Virus record (IMG/VR): IMGVR_UViG_3300037099_000042 | Coordinates: 1 to 60,012 of that record | Direction: 5' to 3' (one strand) | Source of the DNA: a virus | Taxonomy: Duplodnaviria > Caudoviricetes | Length of the DNA: 60,012 nucleotides | Shown here: positions 17,254 through 26,880 of the stretch, one piece after another | Numbering within the stretch: position 1 is the first letter of the stretch | Layout: every line of letters starts with the position of its first letter | Translations under genes and position numbers: made by a program | The notes under the pieces: model-generated | What the model saw: the letters and a program-made list of their open reading frames with translations, nothing else | Told to the model about the DNA's origin: nothing | Databases searched by the model: none

Positions 17254-17459
17254 CCACCCCCCAAACTCAGCCGGGGCTTCGGCTCCGGCACTTTTCCCCA
17301 GGAGGCTGCCATGAACGACTTCACCCTAAAGCTCAAGGGCCGCGAGTTTGTCCTAAACAGCGGCGTCGTTTTTATCTCGCTCGGGACGGTGCGTCTGACC
17401 GACTTGCTCACCATGGGGCTGGTGCCGGTGCCGGGCAGCCGAGGGCGGTGGGTGTGGGG

Positions 17460-17648
17460 ATGATGAAGTCCTCTGGTGCAAGCGACATCGTTGATATTGA
17501 TCTCGATGTCATTACAGAAACCGAGAAAGCATACCGCGTCAGTAATAGCGAAAGGAGGTTTTGGCTCCCAAAGTCTCAAGTCGAATATGACGGCGCAAGG
17601 ACGTTCTCAATGCCGGAATGGCTGGCCCATGAGAAGGAGTTGATCTGA
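17460..17648 (+). CDS. Hypothetical protein
   Basis: TETEKAY...FWLPKSQVE...MPEWLA.EK.L, a recurrent small phage protein pattern. Confidence 0.6.
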   Translation: MMKSSGASDIVDIDLDVITETEKAYRVSNSERRFWLPKSQVEYDGARTFSMPEWLAHEKELI

Positions 17649-17863
17649 TGATGGTAACGAACACGCCGACCCGCAGGGCGGATCGGAAGCCCGCCCATCC
17701 CGCCGCAAAAGCTATGGCGGAGTGTGTTGTTTCTGATCATCCTAACCTCACTTGGAATAGCGTATCAGAAGAGATCAGGACGGCATTGATTAACCAAGCC
17801 GATAGGGTGATCGCTGCGCTAGATGTCGCAGGATGGTTAATCGTGCCTAATGATGGAGGTTAG
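17648..17863 (+). CDS. Hypothetical protein
   Basis: AAGGAG RBS; TGATG coupling. Confidence 0.5.
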   Translation: MMVTNTPTRRADRKPAHPAAKAMAECVVSDHPNLTWNSVSEEIRTALINQADRVIAALDVAGWLIVPNDGG

Positions 17864-18051
17864 CATCATGCACAAACCAGACTTCACCGGATGGGAATGG
17901 TGGGCGGCTTTATCTTGGCATGTGATAGCCAACTATAAAGCGTCTACGGAAGAACTGCGCAGCTTTGAGTTCCCCGTGGTGCCGTCAAAACAGTTGCCGC
18001 CGACGGAATACGACTCTTTCGTTATTCACGAAAAAGCGGAGTGCTGAAACG

Positions 18052-18555
18052 ATGACCTACATCACCGACCGCCGCCGCGTCGAGATCGCGGCAATCCCGC
18101 TACTGTTCCTCAAGGTCGCGTCCCGCATCGCTGTTCATTGCGTCGAGATCGGCGAGTGCGAGCGTGCCGAAGACCACACCGAACTCGGGCCGGCGATGCA
18201 CTATCTCGGCCTGGCTGCGGCCGAGGCATTACTCGATGGCCGTGACCGCCAGTCCGCCGATAAGTTGCTGCGCCGATCCAGCCGTCTCGCCAAAGACCTG
18301 ATGGAGAACAAGGCCCGCACGGGGGTTCTTCCGGCCTATCGGCACGCACAGCGCTTACTGACCGAGTTGCTGGAGAGCGAGCGGCTGGTCCTCTACGCCG
18401 GATCGTCGTTCGACCACGGATATGAGTTGCTCGACGCCGCAATCCTGTCCGAGCCGGCGAATGCTGAGGATCTGGAGCAAATCGACAAGTCCGCAACCAA
18501 ATCCGCGCGGCGCACGCTGCGGCGGATCGAGGAGAAGGGGCATTTCCATGCCTGA
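18052..18555 (+). CDS. Hypothetical protein
   Basis: ORF from MTYITD with GGAG RBS; overlaps the exonuclease start. Confidence 0.65.
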   Translation: MTYITDRRRVEIAAIPLLFLKVASRIAVHCVEIGECERAEDHTELGPAMHYLGLAAAEALLDGRDRQSADKLLRRSSRLAKDLMENKARTGVLPAYRHAQRLLTELLESERLVLYAGSSFDHGYELLDAAILSEPANAEDLEQIDKSATKSARRTLRRIEEKGHFHA

Positions 18556-19534
18556 TACCGCCCAAACCCGCCAGCCGCTCATTACGGTTCCTGGCGGCTA
18601 TCCCGACATCCCGCCCGCCACCTACCACTCGCCCGGCATCACCCCCACCCCGGCCCTGTCGGCATCGTTGGCGGCGGCTCTGGCGGACCCGGACGGTTGC
18701 CCAGCCCTTGCCTGGGTGGACAGCCCGCTCAATCCCAATCGCCCCGAGCGCGAGACGGACGCCATGCGCATGGGCACCGGCGCCCACATGGCGCTACTGG
18801 AGCCGGCCCGGTTCGAGACCGCCGTCAAGGTCATCGCGGGCGGATTCACTAAAAAGGGCGATTGGTCCGAGGGGTGGGTTTGCGAAGACGCAAAGTCCCA
18901 GGTCGCCGCCGCCCGCGCCGCTGGCATCGTGCCCATGAAGCAAGACGAACACGACCGCATTCTCCAGATGCGCCTTGCGCTCCGCAACCAACTCCCCGGC
19001 GTCCCGTTCCGCACGGTGGACGAGGTACTCGACGGCGTATTCGATGGCGGACAGCCCGAGTTCTCGATGTTCTGGCAGGAGCCGGATCGCGACGGTATCT
19101 GGTGCAAGGCCCGCGTCGATTACATGCATACCCTGCCCGATGGCCGGCTGCTCATGATCGACTACAAGGCCACCGCCGACGTGACGACTGATTTCTTCTC
19201 CCGGCAGATCAATGACCGAGGTCACCACATCCGGGGCGCCCACTATCTCCGGGCCGGTGAAATGGCGATCGGACGCCATCCCGATCTTTACCTCTATGTC
19301 TGCCAGATGACCAAATTTCCGTTCCTCGCGCGGGCGTTCGAGGTTGACCCGAACGACCTGGAAACCGGCCGGAACCAATGGCTGTTCGCCACGCAGAAGT
19401 TCGCCGAGTGCATGAAGTCTGCCATCTGGCCGTCGTTCCGGAGCCACCCGCGCCGGGCCACCGTGGTTTCCATGCCGACCTGGGCGCGGATGAAGATTGA
19501 CGCGGCGCATGATGCCGCTGTGGGAGGTGCGTGA
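18548..19534 (+). CDS. RecE/ExoVIII-like PD-(D/E)XK exonuclease
   Basis: YH...LSAS, AMRMGTGAHMALLEP, E.SMFW, CKARVD, IDYKAT. Confidence 0.88.
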   Translation: MPDTAQTRQPLITVPGGYPDIPPATYHSPGITPTPALSASLAAALADPDGCPALAWVDSPLNPNRPERETDAMRMGTGAHMALLEPARFETAVKVIAGGFTKKGDWSEGWVCEDAKSQVAAARAAGIVPMKQDEHDRILQMRLALRNQLPGVPFRTVDEVLDGVFDGGQPEFSMFWQEPDRDGIWCKARVDYMHTLPDGRLLMIDYKATADVTTDFFSRQINDRGHHIRGAHYLRAGEMAIGRHPDLYLYVCQMTKFPFLARAFEVDPNDLETGRNQWLFATQKFAECMKSAIWPSFRSHPRRATVVSMPTWARMKIDAAHDAAVGGA

Positions 19535-20541
19535 TGGGAATACTTCAAATAGAGCCGGTTTCCAGGTCGGGGATGAAGCTGTTGATCAGCCTCTATGGCC
19601 TGAGCGAGACCGGAAAGACGCTGTCCGCCCTCAAGCTGGCCGCCGGCATTGAGCCGAACCCGGCCAAGCGCATGATGCTGGACACGGAAGGCGGTCAGCG
19701 CGGCCGGGCCTATGTCGATCTGATCGCGGGTGGGTATCTGTATGGCGCGCTCACGCCGCCGTTCACGCCCGAACGGTACATCGAGGCGCTGAACGAAATT
19801 GAGGAGCACGGCGTCAATGTATTGGTGATCGACAGCGTGTCGCACGCCTGGTTTGCCGAGGGCGGTGTCCTCGATATGGTCGAGGCCGCGACCGAGAAGA
19901 ACGATATGGCGAAGTGGGCGAAGCCCAAGCGCCGTCTTGGTAAGATGACCCGCCGTATGTTGTCTTCCGATATGCACATCATCCTGTGCAGCCGGGCCAA
20001 ACAGCCGCTCATTGAAGAGTACGTTGATGGACGCAAGAAGTTGACCCTTGGCCCCGTCGTTCCAGTTCAGGAAAAGACGCTTCGCTATGACATGACGATT
20101 ATGGCGCAGATGCTCGGTGACGGACGGTTCACCATCGCTGCCCCCGCCGGTAAATGCCCCGGATCACTGCGGCCGGCATTCGCCACCGAACTGATGAATG
20201 AGGCGATGGGTCAAAAATTGGCATCGTGGGTCTCCGGCGGTGAGTTCAAGACGGCCGGAGACCGGCATATCGAGATTGAGGCGCGCGAGGTGGCTGAACG
20301 CGGCACCGACGCATTTCGCGCATGGTGGAAGGCCGCGGCGCCCGGCCATCGCGACCACCTGAAACCGATGATGGCGAATTTCCAGTCTATCGCCAAAGCG
20401 GCTGACGATGACGCCGAAGCGCTCCGGCGTGGCGAAGGGAATGATGACGATTCCGACGCCGGGGGCGCGCCATTCCAGATGCCAACCTCTGTTTCGACCG
20501 ACCCGGACGGATACCCGGCGACCGCCCATAACCAAGGATAG
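19531..20541 (+). CDS. Sak4-like AAA ATPase recombinase
   Basis: GLSETGKT, LDTE, VIDSVSHAW..EGG; adjacent to the exonuclease. Confidence 0.85.
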   Translation: MMGILQIEPVSRSGMKLLISLYGLSETGKTLSALKLAAGIEPNPAKRMMLDTEGGQRGRAYVDLIAGGYLYGALTPPFTPERYIEALNEIEEHGVNVLVIDSVSHAWFAEGGVLDMVEAATEKNDMAKWAKPKRRLGKMTRRMLSSDMHIILCSRAKQPLIEEYVDGRKKLTLGPVVPVQEKTLRYDMTIMAQMLGDGRFTIAAPAGKCPGSLRPAFATELMNEAMGQKLASWVSGGEFKTAGDRHIEIEAREVAERGTDAFRAWWKAAAPGHRDHLKPMMANFQSIAKAADDDAEALRRGEGNDDDSDAGGAPFQMPTSVSTDPDGYPATAHNQG

Positions 20542-20552
20542 GACATCGAACA

Positions 20553-20783
20553 ATGATGACCGAAGAGCAGGCCAAGACGAAGTGGTGCCCGAATGCCCGG
20601 CATGTGACGGAAGACGATGTTGGAATGCCGGTGGCGAACCGCTGTGGAGAACCGTGGAATGACGGTGGAATAACTGGCCTTCCATGGAATAAGTGCGTCG
20701 CCTCCGATTGCATGGCATGGCGATTCACCAGGCACATCCCGCTCGCTGGCTACTGCGGCGCGTTCGGCCGCCCGGAGAACTGA
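20553..20783 (+). CDS. Cys-rich hypothetical protein
   Basis: MTEEQAKTKWCP...CVASDCMAWR...GYCG. Confidence 0.7.
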   Translation: MMTEEQAKTKWCPNARHVTEDDVGMPVANRCGEPWNDGGITGLPWNKCVASDCMAWRFTRHIPLAGYCGAFGRPEN

Positions 20784-20824
20784 TCCAAATTTTAGCGACG
20801 CAAACCCGGTCGTTCAGGGCCGGG

Positions 20825-21307
20825 TTAGTCGCGTCCGGTTTGCTTCCGCTTGCGCGGCCCTCTAACGGTGTCTGAGCGTTTCTTGCGACCAGTCTCCGTC
20901 GTCTCGTCCCGCTGTTGGGCGACGTACTGAGCGATCACGCTCAGAGGCGCGCCGCCACAGGACGCGGCGAAGTAGCTTGGCGACCAGAGGTGCCCACCCC
21001 AGAGCTTCTTGGTCACTTCCGGAAACTTGTGTTTTCGTAGAAGTCGGCTTGAGACGCCTTTGAGGCTGTTCACCATCTTGGAAAGTTGGACGGTCGGCGG
21101 GTACTCGATCAGCAGGTGAACGTGGTCATCCTCGCCGTTGGCCTCTTTCAGGACGGAGTTGAACTCGGCGCAGACGCCGCGAAAGGCGTCGTTCAGGACC
21201 GCGTGCGCACGGTCAGTTAGGACGCCACGCCGGTACTTGGTGACGAATACCAAATGAACATGCAGGGCGCTTACCACGCTGCGACCCCGCCGATATTCTA
21301 ATTCCAT
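20825..21307 (-). CDS. tnpA: IS200/IS605 Y1 transposase
   Basis: HLVFVTKYRR, EDDHVHLL (HUH), LWSPSYF, catalytic Y in QYVAQQ. Confidence 0.95.
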   Translation of the reverse strand: MELEYRRGRSVVSALHVHLVFVTKYRRGVLTDRAHAVLNDAFRGVCAEFNSVLKEANGEDDHVHLLIEYPPTVQLSKMVNSLKGVSSRLLRKHKFPEVTKKLWGGHLWSPSYFAASCGGAPLSVIAQYVAQQRDETTETGRKKRSDTVRGPRKRKQTGRD

Positions 21308-21347
21308 GGGCTTGACTCCTGTCGTTAGACCGACTATACTACAACCC

Positions 21348-22547
21348 ATGAAGACGCTCAAGGCATACCGCTATCGCGTGTACCCAACCCCCGAACAGGA
21401 AATCCTGTTTCGGCAAACGGTCGGGGGTTGCCGGCTCGTCTACAACCTCGCCCTGGACCAGCGGAAGCTCAACTGGCATCGGAGCAAGCCGCTTCGGCTG
21501 ACCAGCTACGACCAGATTAAAGAGTTGCCGGCACTGAAGGACGAAGTGCCGTTTCTGCGCGACGTGCCGAACCATCCGTTGCAGCAGGCGATTGTCGATC
21601 TCGACAAGGCGTTCAAGAACTTCTTCGAAGGTCGGGCGGCCTATCCCCAGTTCCGCAAGCGCGGCGACCGGGACAGCTTCCGCTATCCCGATCCGAAGCA
21701 GTTCAAGATTGCGTCGGAGCGCATCTTCCTGCCCAAGGCGGGATGGGTCAGTTGGGTGCAGCATCGTCCTGTTCAGGGCACGCCCAAGACGGCGACGGTC
21801 TCCCGCACGGCGGATGCTTGGTTCGTCTCGATCCAGTGCGAGGTTGAGGCCGCCGACCCGGTCCCGGTGACGGGCGCTGCGGTCGGGATCGACCTTGGTG
21901 TTGCCAAGCCGATGGCCCTGTCTACCGGCGAGATCATCATGCTTCCCCGCACGACGGAGACGGAACGGCGGCGCCTCGGCACCCTGCAACAGCGGGTTGC
22001 CCGGCGGACAAAGGGATCACGAAACCGGCGCAAGGCTCAGGTGGCCGTCGCCCGGTATCAGGCGAGACTGGCGCGGCGTCGGAAAGACGCTGCCCATAAG
22101 GCAACCACGAGGATCGCCAAAAGCCACGGCGTCATCTTCGTTGAAAACTTGAAGGTGCGCAACATGACGGCGAGTGCGGCGGGCACGGTCGAAGAGCCGG
22201 GACGGAATGTCCGGGCCAAGTCCGGGCTGAACCGCAGCATGCTCGACGTGGCACCTTCGCAAATCAGGCAAATGCTGGAATATAAGTCGGTCTGGTACGG
22301 CTCAACCGTTATTGCCGTCCCGCCAGCCTATACCAGCCAGCGGTGCAGTCATTGCGGCTTTGTCCATCCGGACAACCGCATCACTCAGGCCGAGTTCGTG
22401 TGCCGCTCTTGCGGCTACACTGAAAACGCCGACGTGAACGCTGCCTGCAATATCCTTCAGCTTGGAACCGGAGGACTTCCGGGGATGGTCTGCGAATCGA
22501 ACCGTGCTACAGGTCGGAAGCAGAAACAGCAGCGCCGCAAGGCGTGA
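21348..22547 (+). CDS. tnpB: TnpB RNA-guided endonuclease
   Basis: AYRYRVYPT; GIDLG / FVENL / NADVNAA; promoter TTGACT-N17-TATACT at 21312-21340. Confidence 0.95.
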   Translation: MKTLKAYRYRVYPTPEQEILFRQTVGGCRLVYNLALDQRKLNWHRSKPLRLTSYDQIKELPALKDEVPFLRDVPNHPLQQAIVDLDKAFKNFFEGRAAYPQFRKRGDRDSFRYPDPKQFKIASERIFLPKAGWVSWVQHRPVQGTPKTATVSRTADAWFVSIQCEVEAADPVPVTGAAVGIDLGVAKPMALSTGEIIMLPRTTETERRRLGTLQQRVARRTKGSRNRRKAQVAVARYQARLARRRKDAAHKATTRIAKSHGVIFVENLKVRNMTASAAGTVEEPGRNVRAKSGLNRSMLDVAPSQIRQMLEYKSVWYGSTVIAVPPAYTSQRCSHCGFVHPDNRITQAEFVCRSCGYTENADVNAACNILQLGTGGLPGMVCESNRATGRKQKQQRRKA

Positions 22548-22579
22548 ATCTCGGCCCTTTAGTGCCAGGAGTAGTCACA

Positions 22580-22969
22580 ATGCCTATCACCGAAAAAACC
22601 GCCCACGGCATTCTTATCAGCCACCACGACATCGCGGTCGGGAAGAAGCTGCTGGCCGATATCGAGAAGAGCATCGAGGAAAAGCCGCGTTCCTTCCATG
22701 ACGATTTCCGGACGTTGCGGCGCGTTACCATGGGCATCCCAAGTGGGTCGAACGGCGAGCGCATTTTGGACGTCCCGCTCACGCTGGCGGTTAGCGTCAT
22801 CAGGGCCACGATCGCCGAGCATGAGCGGCGCCTGGTCGAATTGAACCAATGCGCCGCGATCGAATTACAGACGATTCTGGCGCCCGAGCGGGACGCGAAA
22901 ATTGATTTTTTCGCGGCGTTCGGCCCGGTGCGTGAAGCAACCCGTTCAAAATCCGGTGCTGGAGAATAA
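22580..22969 (+). CDS. Hypothetical protein
   Basis: ATG just after the IS right end; GGAG now supplied by the IS. Confidence 0.6.
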   Translation: MPITEKTAHGILISHHDIAVGKKLLADIEKSIEEKPRSFHDDFRTLRRVTMGIPSGSNGERILDVPLTLAVSVIRATIAEHERRLVELNQCAAIELQTILAPERDAKIDFFAAFGPVREATRSKSGAGE

Positions 22970-22972
22970 ACA

Positions 22973-23515
22973 ATGACCGACATCACCCTGACCCTATCCC
23001 CACGCGCACTGACCGCGCTCGCCGAGATATCCCGCCGGCATATCCGATCGGCCGGTGTAATCGTCACCACCATCCACCGGGCCGAAGCGCCTGACATTTT
23101 TGACGCCCTTGTCGAACGGCTGTCCGAGGAAGACGCGATCATCCGGGCCAGCGAACTGGGGCTGCCGGAATGCGGGCCGATCGCAACCACGCCACCGGTA
23201 GCCGCGCCCGACCCGACGCCCGAGCCCCGCGAGCGACAGAGTTTGGTCCCCGAGTGGGTGGCCGCCGGACAGGACGCCTATCGCGATGGGGTTGCTCGGG
23301 ATGCGTTGACCGGCGGCCGGCGGCAACTGCCGCACATGCAGGCCGGATGGGACCACGCCAAGGCCGAGGCTGAGCATGCGCTGGCAGCCGCCAACGCGAC
23401 CATGGAAGAGCCGGCCGGGGAGATGGATCAGTTTGCCGGAGACGTCGCAGCCGGCGAGCGGCTATTGGTTGAGGTGGTTAAGCCTGCTCCGGCCAACGAC
23501 GAAGTGCTGTTTTAG
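22973..23515 (+). CDS. Hypothetical protein
   Basis: GGAG RBS; 180 aa ORF. Confidence 0.65.
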   Translation: MTDITLTLSPRALTALAEISRRHIRSAGVIVTTIHRAEAPDIFDALVERLSEEDAIIRASELGLPECGPIATTPPVAAPDPTPEPRERQSLVPEWVAAGQDAYRDGVARDALTGGRRQLPHMQAGWDHAKAEAEHALAAANATMEEPAGEMDQFAGDVAAGERLLVEVVKPAPANDEVLF

Positions 23516-23607
23516 GGTCGCAACCGTCTGACCACCAACTACAGCCGGGGAGAAATCCCCGGCCTCCACCTCACGGATTTAACTCCACTTCATTTGCGGG
23601 GGACGCG

Positions 23608-24237
23608 ATGCAAAACACTTCTCATGCCGTTATGGCACAGCGAACCGAGGCGAAAAATAGCCCGGACTATTTTCCGACACCTCCATGGGCGACCCGCGCT
23701 TTAATCGAGTATATTCTGGATAATCAGCAAGAGCTGTCCAAGAAGGTATGCCTTGAACCAGCCTGTGGTGCTGGACATATGGCGCGGGTTATCAAGGAAT
23801 ATTTCGGGACAGTTATGTGCTCAGATGCATTCAACTACGGATATGGACCAGTAAGAGATTTTATTACACATCCGTTTGAAACAAACTCCGTTGATTGGGT
23901 TATCACAAATCCACCATTCCGTCTAAGCGAGGAATTCACAATTCGTGCGCTCAAGGTCGCTCGGGAAGGAGTGGCAATTTTAGCTCGGACGGTATTTATC
24001 GAAAGTGTTGGCCGGTACCGTAATCTATTCGAACGGATGCCACCGACCAAGTTTGCTCAATTCACTGAGCGAGTCCCCATGGTAAAAGGGCGGTTGGATC
24101 GAAATGCATCGACAGCAACTGGCTATGCTTGGCTTGTTTGGGAAAAGAAGACAAAACCCGCACATCCGCGCCTCATGTGGGTTCCGCCGTGTCGCAAGCA
24201 GCTTGAGCGTGATGACGACTACAAGTTCGTTAATTAA
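23608..24237 (+). CDS. DNA amino (N6-adenine) methyltransferase
   Basis: DYFPTPPWAT, LEPACGAGHM, VITNPPF, YAWLVW. Confidence 0.88.
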   Translation: MQNTSHAVMAQRTEAKNSPDYFPTPPWATRALIEYILDNQQELSKKVCLEPACGAGHMARVIKEYFGTVMCSDAFNYGYGPVRDFITHPFETNSVDWVITNPPFRLSEEFTIRALKVAREGVAILARTVFIESVGRYRNLFERMPPTKFAQFTERVPMVKGRLDRNASTATGYAWLVWEKKTKPAHPRLMWVPPCRKQLERDDDYKFVN

Positions 24238-24331
24238 ACCATCCGGTCAGGCGGCGTTGTGCTTAACCGTGATGTCAATGGCGCCCGAGGGATATTCCTT
24301 CGGGCTTTGGTAGATCAACCCTGGCTAAGAA

Positions 24332-24622
24332 ATGAGCGGTGACATGAGCATCACAAAACGCCTTCGACACCACGCAGAACCAGCGGACGCGCCGATCGGT
24401 TGGCCTTCATCATTGATGCTCGAAGCTGCCGACGAGATCGACCGCCTGGATGCCGAAGTCGCACGCCTAACCGCCGGCATCAAGAAATACTTGGATGAAG
24501 GCATCCAGGAGACGAGTGGCCCCTATGGGCAGTCCAAGAACAACCGATGTGAGCACAATCGGTTCGGTTTCGAGGTCTGCGAGCAATGCACAGACGCATA
24601 TTTCGAAAAGCTGTTGAAGTGA
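24332..24622 (+). CDS. Hypothetical protein
   Basis: EAADEIDRL motif common in small phage proteins; ends at the terminator. Confidence 0.65.
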   Translation: MSGDMSITKRLRHHAEPADAPIGWPSSLMLEAADEIDRLDAEVARLTAGIKKYLDEGIQETSGPYGQSKNNRCEHNRFGFEVCEQCTDAYFEKLLK

Positions 24623-24630
24623 GAGTGATC

Positions 24631-24664
24631 AAAAAGCCGCTCCGGTTTCCCGGAGCGGCTTTTA
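24631..24664. terminator. Bidirectional rho-independent terminator
   Basis: AAAAAGCCGCTCCGG-TTTC-CCGGAGCGGCTTTT between convergent arms. Confidence 0.9.
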
Positions 24665-24721
24665 TCGCTGGATTTTCCTCTGCCCGGATTTGCCGTCCGG
24701 GAGTGCGTAGTCCTCAGCGAA

Positions 24722-25210
24722 TCACGGCCCGGCCTTCAGCGCCGCAGCGCACGCGGCCGACAGACCAGCATAGGCCGCTTCATCGGCCACCGCACCCGGC
24801 ACCCCGCCAGCTGCCGTTGCCGCTGCTAGGATTTCCGGGTGAGCGGCCTGATCCGCCGCACAGGCTGCCGTCACCACGGCCGACTGCTCCGCCGGGGTGC
24901 AGGCGGACAGGGCGAGTCCGACGCCGATCACCAGGGAAGCAGCCACCGAAGCAGCCGCACCGCCAGATGGGGGGACAGATGGGGGGACAGACCCCCGCGC
25001 CTTTGTGACCACAATATCCAGGGCATCGAGGGCGGGCTTGGCCTCTGGGCACAGGATACCCCCGAGGGCCGATACGGACACCAGAGCGATGGTGACGTAA
25101 TCACCGCCAGAGACCACCGCCCCGACCGTGGCGGTGAGCCACGAGGCTAAGGCCGCGCGGGTGGTGGGCTCGGAGAGACGGGAGATGAGGTAAGCGAAGA
25201 TCGTTGACAT
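24722..25210 (-). CDS. Lysis membrane protein (holin-like N-terminus, internal lipobox)
   Basis: Follows the endolysin; hydrophobic segments; LALSAC; GGAGG RBS. Confidence 0.55.
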   Translation of the reverse strand: MSTIFAYLISRLSEPTTRAALASWLTATVGAVVSGGDYVTIALVSVSALGGILCPEAKPALDALDIVVTKARGSVPPSVPPSGGAAASVAASLVIGVGLALSACTPAEQSAVVTAACAADQAAHPEILAAATAAGGVPGAVADEAAYAGLSAACAAALKAGP

Positions 25211-25273
25211 GGTGCCTCCTTGGGTGGCCGCTCGCTGGCGGCCCTGGGGTGAACTCGGAAAGTGGCTTGAAGT

Positions 25274-26065
25274 TTATGACAATCTGACCTGGTGCAAGGT
25301 TGCGACGTCGGCGACGCCAGTCGGCGGCAACATCGTGTCGACCTGGTGGGTCCAGACCGAGACCATGGTTCCGGTGCCGAAGATGCCGTCGGCTTTCAGC
25401 TTCAGAGCGGTCTGCAACGGCTTCACCGCGTCGCCCCGGTCGCCCTTGATCAACGCTCCGGGCAACAGCCCGATGCCCCGCAGGCCGCGGGCGAACAGCG
25501 CCGCTTCGGCCAGTCGTCGGCCACTCAGGTTGGACGCGGTCGGCTTGCCCGGCCACAACCGAACCATCTTGGCGATTTGAACGACGACCTCGGGCCACTG
25601 GTCGGGACCGGCGGCAACTGCGGTTCGGGCTGCCTTCATTTCGGTGCGTCGCTCGCCTTCCATGCTCGTTCCACGGTTGTAAACCAGCGAAACTAGGGCT
25701 CCCAGACTGTCGGGGGGCAGCTTGTCCGAGCCGGGGAACGCCTTTAAGGTAGTCTTGTTTTCCTCTGGGAGGGTGTAATTAACGAATACCGTCTCGGCAT
25801 CTTCGGCACGAATCGCAATGTCTTTGACCGAAGCCAGGGCGTTGCGGGCGGCTTGACCGGTCATGCCTTTGACCGCCTCAAGCCGCATCAAGTCGCCAGG
25901 TGACAGCAGGCCAGTCCATGCCGACAGACTGCGAGGGTCGGCCCCGATGTCACAGCCGTAACCCAGGGTGACGCCGCTCCCGCAGCCGGGCCATTCCGGG
26001 TGAGGCGGGCAGCCTTCGAAGGATTTGATCAGGTCGATGGCGGCGTCGGAAATCGGTTGAACCAT
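25274..26065 (-). CDS. Endolysin (lysozyme-like + C-terminal peptidoglycan-binding domain)
   Basis: IDLIKSFEG, GVTLGYGCDIG, ALVSLVYNRG, RRLAEAALF; GDRGDAVKPLQ...DGIFG..T. Confidence 0.85.
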   Translation of the reverse strand: MVQPISDAAIDLIKSFEGCPPHPEWPGCGSGVTLGYGCDIGADPRSLSAWTGLLSPGDLMRLEAVKGMTGQAARNALASVKDIAIRAEDAETVFVNYTLPEENKTTLKAFPGSDKLPPDSLGALVSLVYNRGTSMEGERRTEMKAARTAVAAGPDQWPEVVVQIAKMVRLWPGKPTASNLSGRRLAEAALFARGLRGIGLLPGALIKGDRGDAVKPLQTALKLKADGIFGTGTMVSVWTHQVDTMLPPTGVADVATLHQVRLS

Positions 26066-26130
26066 GAGAACATCCTGTCGGTTTGGCGGTTTTCTGTGCC
26101 CGAAGCACGGCGAACCGGTGTCATTTGCGG

Positions 26131-26427
26131 TCAAGGGGCGTCTTCTTCGACGGGGAATGGTCCGACGCTTTCCTCGCAGTGGTTCCTCGCGCCAAGCAAC
26201 TCCCGTGCAGCGAAGTTGACTGGATACCAGATCGGCGATAGCATCCAGTACCAGACGCGGCCTAGCGTCCCGGCTTCGGCTTCCCCGCACCAGCACGAGA
26301 TGGTCTTGGTCCTGGCGCCGGTGAAAATGCACGCGATCAAGCAATCGAGCTGGAACGCGACATTGACAAGATAAGTCAGGATGCACCCGGTGCCCGGTGG
26401 AGCAGCGAGGGGATCAGATGAGGACAT
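26131..26427 (-). CDS. Hypothetical protein
   Basis: YLVNVAFQLDCL...TISC...NHCEES pattern; start uncertain. Confidence 0.5.
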   Translation of the reverse strand: MSSSDPLAAPPGTGCILTYLVNVAFQLDCLIACIFTGARTKTISCWCGEAEAGTLGRVWYWMLSPIWYPVNFAARELLGARNHCEESVGPFPVEEDAP

Positions 26428-26545
26428 GCTGGTCACCGTAGACGGAAGCCATGGGAGGTCCAATCGGTTAGAGGGGGAGGACGTGGCTGAGCCAGATCCC
26501 AAGCCAGAAGAAACCACCCGTTAGGGCTTCACCCCCTTCCCTTGG

Positions 26546-26869
26546 TTAGAATTGAACGCCTGAGGCCGAATACGCAAAGAACGCGGCCCCGACCACCGTT
26601 GCAGCGAGGGTAGCGCCAGCGGGGACAAAGATCGACCCCGAAACGCTGGTCCCTGTGGTCGCGGTTGCAACCGTCGCCCCGCCCACGGTCAGCACCGTTG
26701 AGCCCCCCGTCCCTACTAGCACATACGCCAGATAGATCGACTGATTGATGACGGTCGATGAAAGCGAAGACGTTAGGTATTTTGTGAACGGCACAGGGTT
26801 CGGCGGACAAACAAACCCGCCGAGGAAGTTAGCCCCAAGTCCATAGCCCGCAGGCATCGGGATTGACAT
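26546..26869 (-). CDS. Small virion-associated protein paralogous to the modules of 26881..28599
   Basis: GGST.L.V.G.T.ATAT.G..VSGS.FVPAGATLAATVVG shared. Confidence 0.65.
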   Translation of the reverse strand: MSIPMPAGYGLGANFLGGFVCPPNPVPFTKYLTSSLSSTVINQSIYLAYVLVGTGGSTVLTVGGATVATATTGTSVSGSIFVPAGATLAATVVGAAFFAYSASGVQF

Positions 26870-26880
26870 TCTGCGTGCTC

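Larger units (their letters stand above)
20785..22578 (+). mobile_element. IS605-type element (divergent tnpA/tnpB), target TGAT
   Basis: Left hairpin CCCGGTCGTTCAGGGCCGGG; right end TCAC; removal gives GGAGAACTGATAATG linking the flanking genes. Confidence 0.9.
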
